This document shows, one piece after another, positions 13,087-24,500 of a stretch of 64,000 nucleotides of DNA. Source of the stretch: Leucoraja ocellata (taxonomy: Eukaryota); assembly GCA_036785375.1 (NCBI GenBank), contig JAWMAR010002088.1:1-64000 (forward strand), in the 5' to 3' direction. Both the position numbers and the translations under genes were made by a program. The notes beneath the pieces were generated by a model. The model saw only the letters and a program-made list of their open reading frames with translations, was not told where the DNA came from and did not search any database. How positions within the stretch are numbered: the first letter of the stretch is position 1; the number at the start of each line of letters is the position of its first letter.

Positions 13087-14739
13087 ATGAGGGCTTTCCC
13101 GCGGCATGGTGGCATTGTACCATCGTTTCGTGCCATCCGCGGCCCACATCATGCGGCCCCTGTATCAACTTCTGGCGGGTGGGCAGCAGAAGAGCGTTGA
13201 GTGGACCCACGAGGCGGAGGCAGCTTTCGACGGCGCGAAGGAGGCCCTTGCTCGGGCCGTACTGCTGGTGCACCTGCGGGAAGCTGCCCCGACTGCTCTC
13301 ACTGTGGATGCCTCGGAGTCGGCAGTTGGTGCTGTACTGGAGCAGCTGACGGGCGGAGTTTGGCGGCCTCTGGCCTTCTTCAGTCGGCACCTCAACCGCG
13401 CGCAAACCAAGTACAGCGCGTTCGATCGTGAGCTCCTGGCTCTGTACCTGGCTGTGCGCCATTTTCGTTACTTCCTGGAGGGCCGCCCGTTCACCGCCTA
13501 CACCGACCATAAGCCGCTCACTTTCGCCCTGCAGAAGGTTTCCAACCACGTCAGCAGCGACAATTGGCTTACATCTCCGAATACGCCACAGCCATCCGCT
13601 ACGTCAAGGGGAAAGAGAACCGGATGGCCGACGCATTGTCCCGCCCTGCTATAAACGCCGTGTTCGAGGTGGCGCCCGGAATGGACTATTCTGCTCTGGC
13701 GGCGGCACAGCTCACGGACGACGAGGTGCCCACCTACTGGACTGCCATCTCCGGCCTCCGCCTTGAGGATGTCCCTCTCGGTCCTGGGGGTGTGACAATC
13801 ATGTGCGATGTGTCGTCCGGTCAACCGCGCCCCATCGTCCCTGCCACCTGGCGCCGGAGAGTGTTCGAGGTGATCCACGGACTGGCTCACCCATCAATCC
13901 GGGCGACAACGGCACTGGTAGCAGCTCGCTTCATGTGGCACGGTCTGCGCAAGCAGGTTGCCCATTGGGCTCGCACCTGCATCCCGTGCCATCGGCGGAG
14001 CTGGTGTACGGGTCGCCACTCACAGTGCCCGGGGAGTTCGTGCCGTCGGCGCCGGAGCTGCAGGAAACGCCCTCCTCCACCCTTCAACGCCTTCGCGAGC
14101 GAGTTGGCAGGCTCGCACCCGTCATTGGCCCTCACGGACTGCCCATACGTCTTCCTGCGCCGTGATGCTCACCGGACGCCACTCCAGAGGCCGTACGAGG
14201 GCCCGTTCCGGGTGCTGGAACACGGGCAGTCGACTTTTGTCCTGGATATGGGGGGCCAGCCGGAGGCCGTGTCGATTGACCGTTTAAAGCCGGCGCACCT
14301 GGACATTGACCAGCTGGTTGCCCAACCTCGGCCCCGAGGGCGCCCCCCCCCATGACTCCCTCCACCTGTCACTCCACCTGTCCTCCCGCCAGTCCCTCGA
14401 CCTGTCCCTCCACCTACGCCCCCCCAAGCCCCGGGATCTGCTGACTTCCGCACGCGGGCCGGCCGGGTCTTGCGCCCGCCGGTGCGTTTTGTGCCTCTGG
14501 TTGTGGGGGGGGGGGGGGGGGGTCCTGTGGCGGCTCCTAAGGGTCGTGCCATTATACTGCCGAACCCCTCGGCACAGGAGTGGTGCAGTCCGGAGGCGGC
14601 CCTCAGCCGGATGGTTTAAAAGGCAGGGTTTGGGTGCCATCTTTTACTGGTTTCGTCTTCCCTTCAACCAGGAGGAATAAAATAAAGGTGCTTCTCAAAC
14701 ACTGGACTTCGTGCCTCATTTTGAGACCCACGCACCACA
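13087..14739 (+). mobile_element. Gypsy/Ty3 LTR retrotransposon 3' fragment (RNase H, integrase remnants, PPT, 3' LTR)
   Basis: VDASESAVGAVLEQ, YSAFDRELLA, YTDHKPL (RNase H); HGLAHP...CIPCH (integrase zinc finger); RPYEGPFRV (GPY/F module); integrase core deleted; poly-G PPT at ~14505-14522. Confidence 0.92.
14526..14739 (+). repeat. 3' LTR (214 bp)
   Basis: Starts TGTGG just after the PPT and ends CCACA; internal tttaaaa and AATAAA (~14677). Confidence 0.75.
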
Positions 14740-15745
14740 CTGTAGACTTTGAAACCCTACTTCAGTACCCACAACCCCACCTATCTTAGTATCATCTGCA
14801 TACTTACTAATCCAATTTACCACACCATCATCCAGATCATTGATGTACATGACAAACAACAGTGGACCCAACACAGAACCCTGTGGCACCCCACTCGTCA
14901 CTGGCCTCCAACCTGACAAACAACCATTCACCATTACTCTCTGGCATCTCCCATTCAGCCACTGTTGAATCCATCTTGCTACTCCACCATTAATACCCAA
15001 CCATTGAACCTTCTTAACCAACCTTCCATGAGGAACCTTGTCAAAGGCCTTACTGAAGTCCATATACACAACATCCACTGCTTTACCCTCATCAATTTCC
15101 CGAGTAACATCTTCAAAAAATTCAAGAAGATTAGTCAAACATGACCTTCCAGGCACGAATCCAGGTTGACTGTTCCTAATCAGACCCTGTTTATCCAGAT
15201 GCTTATATATATTATCTCTAAGTATTCTTTCCATTAATTTGCCCACCACGGACGTCAAACTAACAGGTCTATAATTGCTAGGTTTACTCTTAGACCCCTT
15301 TTTAAACAATGGAACAACATGCGCAGTACGCCAATCCCCCGGCACTATTCCCGTTTCTAATGACACTTGAAATATTTCTGCCATAGCCCCTGCTATTTCT
15401 ACACTAACTTCCCTCAATGTCCTACGGAATATCCTGTCCGGGCCTGGAGACTTGTCCACTTTTATATTTCTAAAAAGTGTCCGTACTTCCTCTTCTTTGA
15501 ATCTCATAGTTTCCATAGCTACTCTACTTGTTTCCCTTACCTCACATAATTTAATATCCTTCTCCTTGGTGAATACCGAAGAAAAGAAACTGTTCAATAT
15601 CTCCCCCATCTCTTTTGGCTCTGCAGATAGTTGTCCACTCTGACATTTATCAGCATTAAACTCCATCTGCCATCTTTCAGCCCATTCTTCCAAATGGCCT
15701 AAATCACTCTGCAGACTTTGGAAATCCTCTTCATTATCCCCAACA
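14740..15745 (-). mobile_element. Rearranged internal CR1 family A RT fragment
   Basis: ORF 14716-15693 contains RT motifs including YADD; the segment 15644-15745 is out of order. Confidence 0.9.
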
Positions 15746-15757
15746 TGTTAAGCATTT

Positions 15758-17141
15758 ATGTTAAGCATTTTAGAAAATATTCCATTCTACTTTGTGTTTG
15801 AACTTCGTGAAGTAATTAATGATGAACCAGGGTCCTGTTATATAAAACCAAGTTTCTACACATCACTGACCAGGATCACGTATTTATGGTTTAAAACACT
15901 CTTAACCCCATTTGCGCCATTTGTGTTGATCCTTCTTCTCAATACCTTGACCATAAAGCACATTATCATGGCCAACAGAGTCAGGAGCAAGCTCCAAGTG
16001 AGAAATAGACAGGCGTGTCAGACTGATCAAGAGACCGAGAACAGAAGGAAATCGATCATTTTACTCGTTGCAATATCTGGCAGTTTTATTTTCTTATGGA
16101 CGGTAAACCTTGTATGGCGGACTGCAGGAGTGGGGCGCCATTGTGTATGGCTGCTCCGCCTGCAGTCCGTCCTTTTACCCTTTATTTTAATTTTTATTTT
16201 TAGGCCTGTTACTTCAAAATGTTTGTTGGAGGTCTTCTTTTATGTGGTGGGTGGGGGGAGGGGAAGGGGGAAACTTCTCCTGGGACACCAACACGGAGTG
16301 GGTGATGCCTTACCGGGTCACCGTGCGGTAAGCTCCGGTGTACTTTGACCGCCGACCAACATCCGAGGAGCTGTGGCTGCGGAGCATCCAGTCACGGGCG
16401 GCGCTGGATTTAAACACCGCGGAAGCTGGGATTCGAAATCACCAGAGTCGGAGCTCCAACCAGCGTGGTCTGAAGACTTCGGGTGCCGCGCGCGGTCTCC
16501 GGGGAGGAAGCGGCCGCTCCAGACATTTCCAAGCCGCCGAGGAGTGTTCACCCGATGCCGGCATTCCAGCTTTCTGGCAAGAGGGCCTGAAAACATCGGA
16601 CTGGCTGCGGAGGCCACAAATAGGCCCCGACCTCGGGTGATCACAGAGGGAGAGGACTGAACTTTCTGATGCCTTTCCCCACAGTGGAAATTTTTTATTC
16701 TGTTGTGGGGGGACGTTTGTGTTGAATTATGCAATATGTTGTGTCATTTTTCTTAATTTTAATTTTTCTATGGATGTACAGAAGCTCAATTATTTTTTTC
16801 TATGTAAAGCACTTTGGTCTCAACGCGAGTTGATTTAAACGTGCTATATAAATACATTTTACTTACTTACTTACTTACTTGTATGCTTCATCTGTGTTCA
16901 GTTTACAGATACTCAATTTTTGGAAACAGATTACACCGAATCTTTCACCAATGCGCAAAAAAGTGGCTATATGCTGAGGTATTTGAGTACTTGCACAAAC
17001 ACTTTCATTTATGCAGTTTCTCAGAGACACTTCAGAGAGGAACTGAAGAATGTAATTTCTCATCCCTTTCTTGCCATTGCTAATATATTCAAACATTGGA
17101 ACACAAAGGGAACTTTATCAAAAAATGTAAATAAGCGATAA
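15758..17141 (+). pseudogene. GPR139/GPR142-like class A GPCR pseudogene (late TM4 to C-terminus), split by a SINE
   Basis: ENIPFYF...LTPFAPFVLILLLNTLTIKHII...ENRRKSIILLVAISGSFIFLW, continuing in frame after the 16117-16877 insertion as LVCFIC...LSTCTNTFIYAVSQRHFREELK; TM1-4 absent (TEs upstream). Confidence 0.85.
16117..16877 (+). mobile_element. 761-bp non-autonomous retroposon with L2-like 3' end and (TTAC)n tail
   Basis: 8-bp TSD CTTGTATG at 16109-16116 and 16878-16885; 3' end gtaaagcactttg...gtgctatataaat plus ttac repeats. Confidence 0.8.
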
Positions 17142-17483
17142 TTTGAGAGGCACGCGTATATATATACATATAACATGTAAGAGTATTTGTCGGGATATCC
17201 CATTCCACGATTTCTTGGGACTGTTTTCCCCCCATTTAGTCACCATGAACCAACAATAAACCAAAGTGATGTATTTGAACTATAATGTACGGTCATTGAA
17301 ATTGTATATATTTTTTCAATTTACTGATTCCATTTATGGCAACAACTTAGTTTGAGGTCCAATGTCTAAAGTGGGAATGGTGAATAACTTCAAATGCCTA
17401 GGCATGAACAACCTGTTGCATTTTAATCACTGGGGCAGAACTTTGAAAAGAATGGACGTTTAACAATCCAACTGCATCACTGA

Positions 17484-17905
17484 TTAGAAACATGGAAAGT
17501 AGGTGCAGGAGTAGTCTATTCGGACCCTTGAGCCATGGCTGATCATCCAGAATCAGTACCCTGTTCCTGCTTTCTCCCCATATCCCTTGATTCCGTTAGC
17601 CCTAATAGGTAACTCTCGCTTGAATACATCCAGTGAATTTGCCTCCACTGCCTTCTGTGGCAGAGAATTACACAGTTACAAAACTCTCTGGGTGAAAAAG
17701 ATTGTCCTCATCTCAGTAATAAATGGCCTGTCTCTTATTCTTAAACTGTGACCCGTGGTTCTGGACGCCCCCAACATCGGGAACATTTTTCATGCATCTA
17801 GCCAATCCTTAAGAATTTAATGTGATTCTATAAGATCCTTCTCATCCCAAATTCTAAATATAAGCCCAGTCGATCCACCCTTTCATCATATGTCATTCCC
17901 ACCAT
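17484..17905 (-). mobile_element. Older CR1 3' fragment (family B-like)
   Basis: Diverged copy of the family B 3' end. Confidence 0.8.
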
Positions 17906-18094
17906 ACCTGCCAATTAAATATTATACATTTTTATGATCAATATCCTTGATTTTAGTCCTTTAAAAAAATCCTGTGCCGGTCCCACCACAAAGATTTGAG
18001 CTGTTGAAGTTTTTGGCTCATTTGGCTCAATTGAAAGCTAGAGTTGTAAAGAAGCCACTTGTCAATAGTCAGGAAATCATGTGCTGCTTTATAG

Positions 18095-18720
18095 CACTTC
18101 AAAGATAGACATAAAATACTGGAGTAACTTTGCAGGACAGGCAGCATCTGTGGATAGAATAAATGGGTGACGTTTTGGGTTGAGTCCCTTCAGACTGAAG
18201 AGGAAAGGGAGACATGGAGATAAGGAAGTGTAAGGTATGAAACATAGAAACATAGAAAATATGTGCAGGAGTAGGCCATTCGGCCCTTCGAGCTTGCACT
18301 GCCATTCGATATGATCATCCAACTCAGTATCCCATCCCTGCCTTCTCTCCATACCCCCTGACCCCTTTAGCCACAAGGGCCACATCTAACTCCCTCTTAA
18401 ATATAGCCAATGAACTGGCCTCAACTACCTTCTGTGGCAGAGAATTCCACAGATTCACCACTCTCTGTGTAAAAAATTATTTTCTCATCTCGGTCCTAAA
18501 AGACTTCCCTCTTATCCTTAAACTGTGACCCCGAGTTCTGGACTTCCCCAACATCGGGAATAATCTTCCTGCATCTAGCCTGTCCAACCTTTGATGTCAT
18601 GAAAGAATGACATCAATGGAGATTTAGTAAAAAGGAAAATGTAGAATAGATCAGTGTTAGCTAGGAGAAGGTGGAACGAAGCATGCAGAGAATAAAATTA
18701 ATTAGGGGGACAGTCAGACT
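18095..18720. mobile_element. Penelope-like repeat interrupted by a CR1-B 3' fragment (18240-18590, minus)
   Basis: gatagacataaaatactggagtaact...gacgttttgggttgagtcccttcagac, then the CR1 tail; the repeat resumes at ~18598. Confidence 0.6.
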
Positions 18721-18739
18721 GCACGGAGAATTAAAACTT

Positions 18740-18934
18740 CAGATAGGCCACTTTTAGAATATTGTGTCCATTTCTGGTTGCCCCAAATGCAGGATGAATT
18801 TGGAAGCATGGAATTGGTGCAGAAGTAGTTTTCCAGAATGATGTATAGATTAGATATTAGCTTGAAGGAGAGGTTGGACAGACTTGGATTGTAATCGCTA
18901 GAATCCAAGAGGTTGATAAAAGTTTATACAATTA
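18740..18934 (+). mobile_element. Old CR1 fragment, left half (continues at 30887)
   Basis: ...ataaaagtttatacaatta joins tgagaggcatagatagg to read IKVYTI-MRGIDRIESQNLF. Confidence 0.85.
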
Positions 18935-19049
18935 CTAAACTAAGTGGGACCTGTTGGGTCCCAGCATCACACGGGAGGGCAGGTCACCCATTGCAATATT
19001 CCACCTCTCCACCAATTCCAATATTGCTTGCCAGTACGAGTTACTCATA

Positions 19050-19812
19050 CCTGAATAGTGGCCGATTAGGAAAAGGGGAGATGCAACGAGACCTGGGTGT
19101 CATGGTACACCAGTCATTGAAAGTAGGCATGCAGGTGCAGCAGGCAGTGAAGAAGGCGAATGGTATGTTAGCATTCATAGCAAAAGAATATTATAGGAGC
19201 AGGTAGGTTCTACTGCAGTCGTACAGGGTCTTGGTGAGACCACACCTGGAGTATTGCGTACAGTTTTGTTCTCCTAATCTGAGAAAATACATTCTTGCCA
19301 TAGAGGGCGTACAGAGAAGGTTCACCAGACTGATTCCTGGGATGTCAGGACTTTCATATGAAGAAAGACTGGATAGACTCGGCTTGTACTCACTAGAATT
19401 TAGAAGATTGAGGGGGGATCATATAGAAACTTACAAAATTCTCAAGGGGTTGGACAGGCTAGATGCAGGAAGATTGTTCCCGATGTTGGGGAAGTCCAGA
19501 ACAAGGGGGTCACAGTTTAAGGATACGGGGGAAATCTTTTAGGACCGAGATGAGAAAAACATTTTTCACACATAGAGTGGGGAATCTCTGGAATTCCCTG
19601 CCACAGAAGGTAGTTGAGGCCAGTTAATTGGCTATATTTAAGAGGGAGTTAGTTGTGGCCCTTGTGGCTAAAGGGATCAGGGGGTATGAAGAGAAGGCAG
19701 GTAAAGGATACTGAGTTGGATGATGAGCCATGATCATATTGAATGGCGGTGCAGGCTCGAAGGGCCGAATGGCCTACTCCTGCACCTAATTTCTATGTTT
19801 CTATGTTTCTAT
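19050..19812 (+). mobile_element. CR1 family B 3' fragment inside the Helitron composite
   Basis: ORF2 C-terminus (ORF 19231-19542) and tttctatgtttctatg tail. Confidence 0.93.
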
Positions 19813-20042
19813 GACCTCTGGGCTCACTTACTGCCTTAGGATTAACTCATGGCCTTTGGACTGACTGACTGACTCACGGCTTGTGGACTGACTAATGCCC
19901 GACTTCTGGAGTCATGACTGACTTTTGTAAACTGAAAACTGTAACATCTACATTGAGGAACAGCTTCTTCCTGACAGCCATCGGGCTATTAAACGTAATA
20001 AATAAGATCTGAACTACGAATATTATTTGTGCTATTTGTTGA

Positions 20043-20500
20043 TCACACATACACAGACACATTCACACACACACACACACAAACTCATTCACACACATGC
20101 AGATTCATTCACACACAGACTCATTGACATACACATACACACACACACACACACAGACTCATTCACACACACACATTCACACACACTCATTCATACACAC
20201 ATTCACACACACACAGACTCATTCACACACAGAGATTCATTCACACAGACACACAGACACATTCATACACACTCATTCACACACACATTCACATGCACAT
20301 TCACACGCACATTCACACACACACACACACTCATTCATACACACATTCACACACACACTCATTTACACACACACAGACAGACTCATTCACACACACAGAC
20401 TCATTCACACACATTCACACACACACACTCATTCACACAGACTCATTCACACACACACACACACATTCACACACACACAGACTCATTCACACACACATTC
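20043..20500. repeat. Complex (CA)n/CATT/CAGA microsatellite
   Basis: Direct observation. Confidence 0.95.
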
Positions 20501-20879
20501 ACCCCCCCCCCCCCAATACTAAAATGCCAAGTAACTTCAGAACGTGTTGAATATACAGTGTATAAAACAAATCTTTAAGCCTGCTGTGGAGGCTGCTGCT
20601 GAAGCAAAATCATGCTTTTAATAACGTCAAACAAACACACTCACCATAGAGAGAGCAGTAAACTCATGAATTATTTAACAGCGCCTGAACTTGCCGCCAC
20701 CTTGATGTCACCCTCTCATGATGGTCTCAGCGCCAGCATGCAGCTAACCGGAAATGACACCATCGGCGCCATCTTGCAACCAAGCGAAAGTCACAGAATG
20801 AGCACCAATTTTAAAATTAAACACAATTCTGATCTAATACAATGTTTATTCACTTTATCCATCCGAAAATTGTTGCAAG

Positions 20880-21545
20880 CAAGCCCTATAAAAAGCCAAG
20901 CAATTGGGGGAAAAAAACACTGAGCAAGCCGACAAAATACACATCAGTTCGCTGAAAAGCAATTTAAGAATCAGTTTGGGGAAAAGCAATTTTAAAAATG
21001 CCAAGCAATTGGGGGAAAAAAAACAGAGCAAGTAAGCAAGGCGGGAAAATACACATCAGTTCGGTGAAAAGCAATGAAAAAAAATGCCAAACAATTGCAG
21101 GTGAAAAACACTGAGCAAGCAAACAAGCTGAAAAAAAAACACATCCTTTCCCTGAAAACACCATCGAGGGGACTCACCGTGGAATAGACGTGCTTCACAG
21201 CTCAGAGAGCCATGACCCTCTCGCTTCCTGGGTCTGGCAGAGACTGAATGAGGCACGGCACTTCTGGGTTGTATAGTCCCTCCCCCACGGAAAAAAAAAC
21301 ACTGAGCAAGCAGGCAAGCCGACAAAAAACACATCCCTTCGCTGAAAAACAATTAAAAAAATGCCAAGCATTTGGGGAATAAAACCACCGAGCAAGCAAG
21401 CAAGCCGTCAAAAAACAAATCCGTTCGCTGAAAACCACATCGAGGGGACTCACCGTGTAGACATGCTTCGCAGCTCAGAGAGCCGTGACCCTCTCGCTTC
21501 CTGGGTCTGGCAGAGACTGAATGAGGCACGGCACTTCCCGGTTTT
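20880..21545. repeat. Internal tandem duplications of Helitron 5' subterminal sequence
   Basis: Repeated cactgagcaagc...acacatc units; two copies of catcgaggggactcaccgtg...gaggcacggcacttc; homologous to 40440-40635. Confidence 0.75.
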
Positions 21546-22530
21546 CTAGTCCCTCCCCCTGCCGCCAGAGGGGGCAGCAGAGAGAATGGGGAATTTTGTA
21601 TAAACATTAATATCTCTCTAAAATGTTTCATCAACGGGAAAATCCTCTGCTCCCAGAAGGCGGACGGGGGCTCTGAGCGAGGTGGCCAAAAATGACAGTC
21701 GTAGGTTGCGACGTTCTCTTGGAAATCGCAGCACAGTGGGCCAAAAGCGGTCAAGATCAGACTTTTAGTAATATACTAGACCAAGTGCAGACCCGTTGGG
21801 TCTGCTCCCCGAATGGTGTGATTCCCCCAACCCAATATTCCACCATGCAACCGTCTCCTCCAACGGAACTGAAGCCGTTCCCAAATGTAAGATTCCAGCA
21901 CTCCCCTGCCTCCCTCAGCAGTGGATTTTTAAAAAATTCCAATTGCACCTCCCTGCCTGCTGCAGCAGTGAAAAGTTCAGTGTTCCTGTCTTGCAACTTT
22001 GTTTTGAAGTGTGTTGGAAGCTGATAGGAAGGAGCAGCCGTCAACGAATCAAAAGGCAGAAAGGCACCCGGATGGATGGACGGCAGGCGGCAGCCACAGA
22101 CTTTTATATAATAACTAGACCAAGTGCAGACCCGTTGGGTCTGTTTCCCCAACAGCGTTTGCGGGGGGGGGGGGGGGGGGGGGGGGGAGTAGGGGCTGCG
22201 GCATCACACTCAAATTAACCACCCCCCAAACTCACAGGTGGGGGGAGGGGGGGGGTGGGTGAGAAGAGGGGAGGGAGGGGAGAGGAGGAGGAGGAAACAT
22301 GACAGATTTGGGAGGGAAAGGAGAGCGGGGTAGGGGGTGAGAGAGGGGGATGGGGAGAGAGATGTGGGGGAGGGTGGGATGGGGAGGGAGGGAAGGAGGG
22401 AGAGACGGGAAAGAGTGGGGAGTGAGAGGGAGGAGGAGAGGGGTAGGGGAAGGGGGCGGGGTAGAGAGGGAAGGGGGTGAGGGAGAGGGGTGAGGGAGAG
22501 GGGTGAGGAGAGGGAGAGGGGTGAGGAGAG

Positions 22531-23533
22531 GGAAACATAGAAATGAAGTGCAGTAGTAGGCCATTCGGCCCTTCGAGCCTGCACCGCCATTCAATATGAT
22601 CATGGCTGATCATCCAACTCAGTATCCCGTACCTGCCTTCTCTCCATACCCCCTGATCCCCTTAGCCACAAGGGCCACATCTAACTCCCTCTTAAATATA
22701 GCCAATGAACTGGCCTCAACTACCCTCTCTGGCAGAGAGTTCCAGAGATTCACCACTCTCTGTGTGAAAAAAGTTCTTCTCATCTCGGTTTTAAAGGATT
22801 TCCCCCTTATCCTTAAGCTGTGACCCCTTGTCCTGGACTTCCCTAACATCGGGAACAATCTTCCTGCATCTAGCCTGTCCAACCCCTTAAGAATTTTGTA
22901 AGTTTCTATAAGATCCCCTCTCAATCTTCTAAATTCTAGAGAGTATAAACCAAGTCTATCCAGTCTTTCTTCATAAGACAGTCCTGACATCCCAGGAATC
23001 AGTCTGTTGAACCGTCTCTGCACTCCCTCTATGGCAATAATGTCCTTCCTCAGATTTGGAGACCAAAACTGTACGCAATACTCCAGGTGTGGTCTCACCA
23101 AGACCCTGTACAACTGCAGTAGAATCTCCCTGCTCCTATACTCAAATCCTTTTGCAATTAAAGCTAACATACCATTGGCTTTCTTTACTGCCTGCTGCAC
23201 CTGCATGCCTACCTTCAATGACTGGTGTACCATGACCCCCAGGTCTCGCTGCATCTCCCCCTTTCCCAATCGGCCACCATTTAGATAATAGTCTGCTTTC
23301 CCGTTTTTGCCACGAAAATGGATAACCTCACATTTATCCACATTATACTGCATTTGCCCACTCACCCAGCCTATCCAAGTCACCTTGCAGTCTCCTAGCA
23401 TCCTCCTCACAGCCAACACTGCCCCCCAGCTTCGTGTCATCCGCAAACTTGGAGATATTGCCTTCAATTCCCTCATCCAGATCATTAATATATATTGTAA
23501 ATAGCTGGGGTCCCAGCACTGAGCCTTGCGGTA
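22531..23533 (-). mobile_element. CR1-B 3' segment embedded in a Helitron unit
   Basis: ORF 22619-23485; tail abuts the purine tract at gaggagagggaaacatagaaa. Confidence 0.92.
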
Positions 23534-23728
23534 TTTTGAATACTGAAATATTGGGAGGGGGGGGAGAAGGATTTGATTAAAAATGTCTACATAAATATGA
23601 CAAAATGTAATCAGGAGTTTCTATAAGATCCTCCCTCAATCTTCTAAAATCTAGCGAGTACAAGCCGAGTCTATCCAGTCTTTCTTCATATGAAAGTCCT
23701 GACATCCCAGGAATTAGTCTGGTGAACC

Positions 23729-24500
23729 TTAACCATATAACCATATAACAATTACAGCACGGAAACAGGCCATCTTGACACTTCTAGTCCGTGCCGAACA
23801 CGTATTCTCCCCTAGTCCCATATACCTGCACTCAGACCATAACCTTCCATTCCTTTCCCGTCCATATAACTATCCAATTTATTTTTAAATTATAAAAACG
23901 AACCTGCCTCCACCACCTTCACTGGAAGCTCATTCCACACAGCCACCACTCTCTGAGTAAAGATGTTCCCCCTCATGTTACACCTAAACTTATGTCCCTT
24001 AATTCTCATGTCATGTCCCCTTGTTTGAATCTTCCCTACTCACAGTGGGAAAAGCTTATCCACGTCAACTCTGTCTATCCCTCTCATCATTTTAAAATGA
24101 CTCTATCAAGTCCCCCCTTAACCTTCTGCGCTCCAAAGAATAAAGCCCCAACTTGTTCAACCTCTCTCTGTAACTTAGTTGCTGAAACCCAGGCAACATT
24201 CTAGTAAATCTCCTCTGTACTCTCTCCATTTTGTTGACATCCTTCCTATAATTAGGCGACCAAAATTGTACACCATACTCCAGAATTGGCCTCACCAATG
24301 CCTTGTACAATTTTAACATTACATCCCAACTTCTATACTCAATGCTCTGATTTATAAAGGCCAGCACACCAAAAGCTTTCTTTACCACCCTATCTACATG
24401 AGATTCCACTTTCAGGGAACTGTGCACAGTTATTCCCAGATCCCTCTGTTCACCTACATTCTTCAATTCCCTACCATTTACCATGTAATTCCCTACCATT
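23729..24500 (-). mobile_element. CR1 family A 3' fragment inserted into the array
   Basis: aaccatataaccatata tail; ORF 24092-24499. Confidence 0.92.

Noticed and set aside
12832-13090. Possible missing N-terminal half of the GPCR
   Set aside because: No convincing TM1-3 or DRY-like motif in the translated frames examined.
20027-20578. His/Thr-rich ORFs
   Set aside because: Translation of a (CA)n microsatellite.
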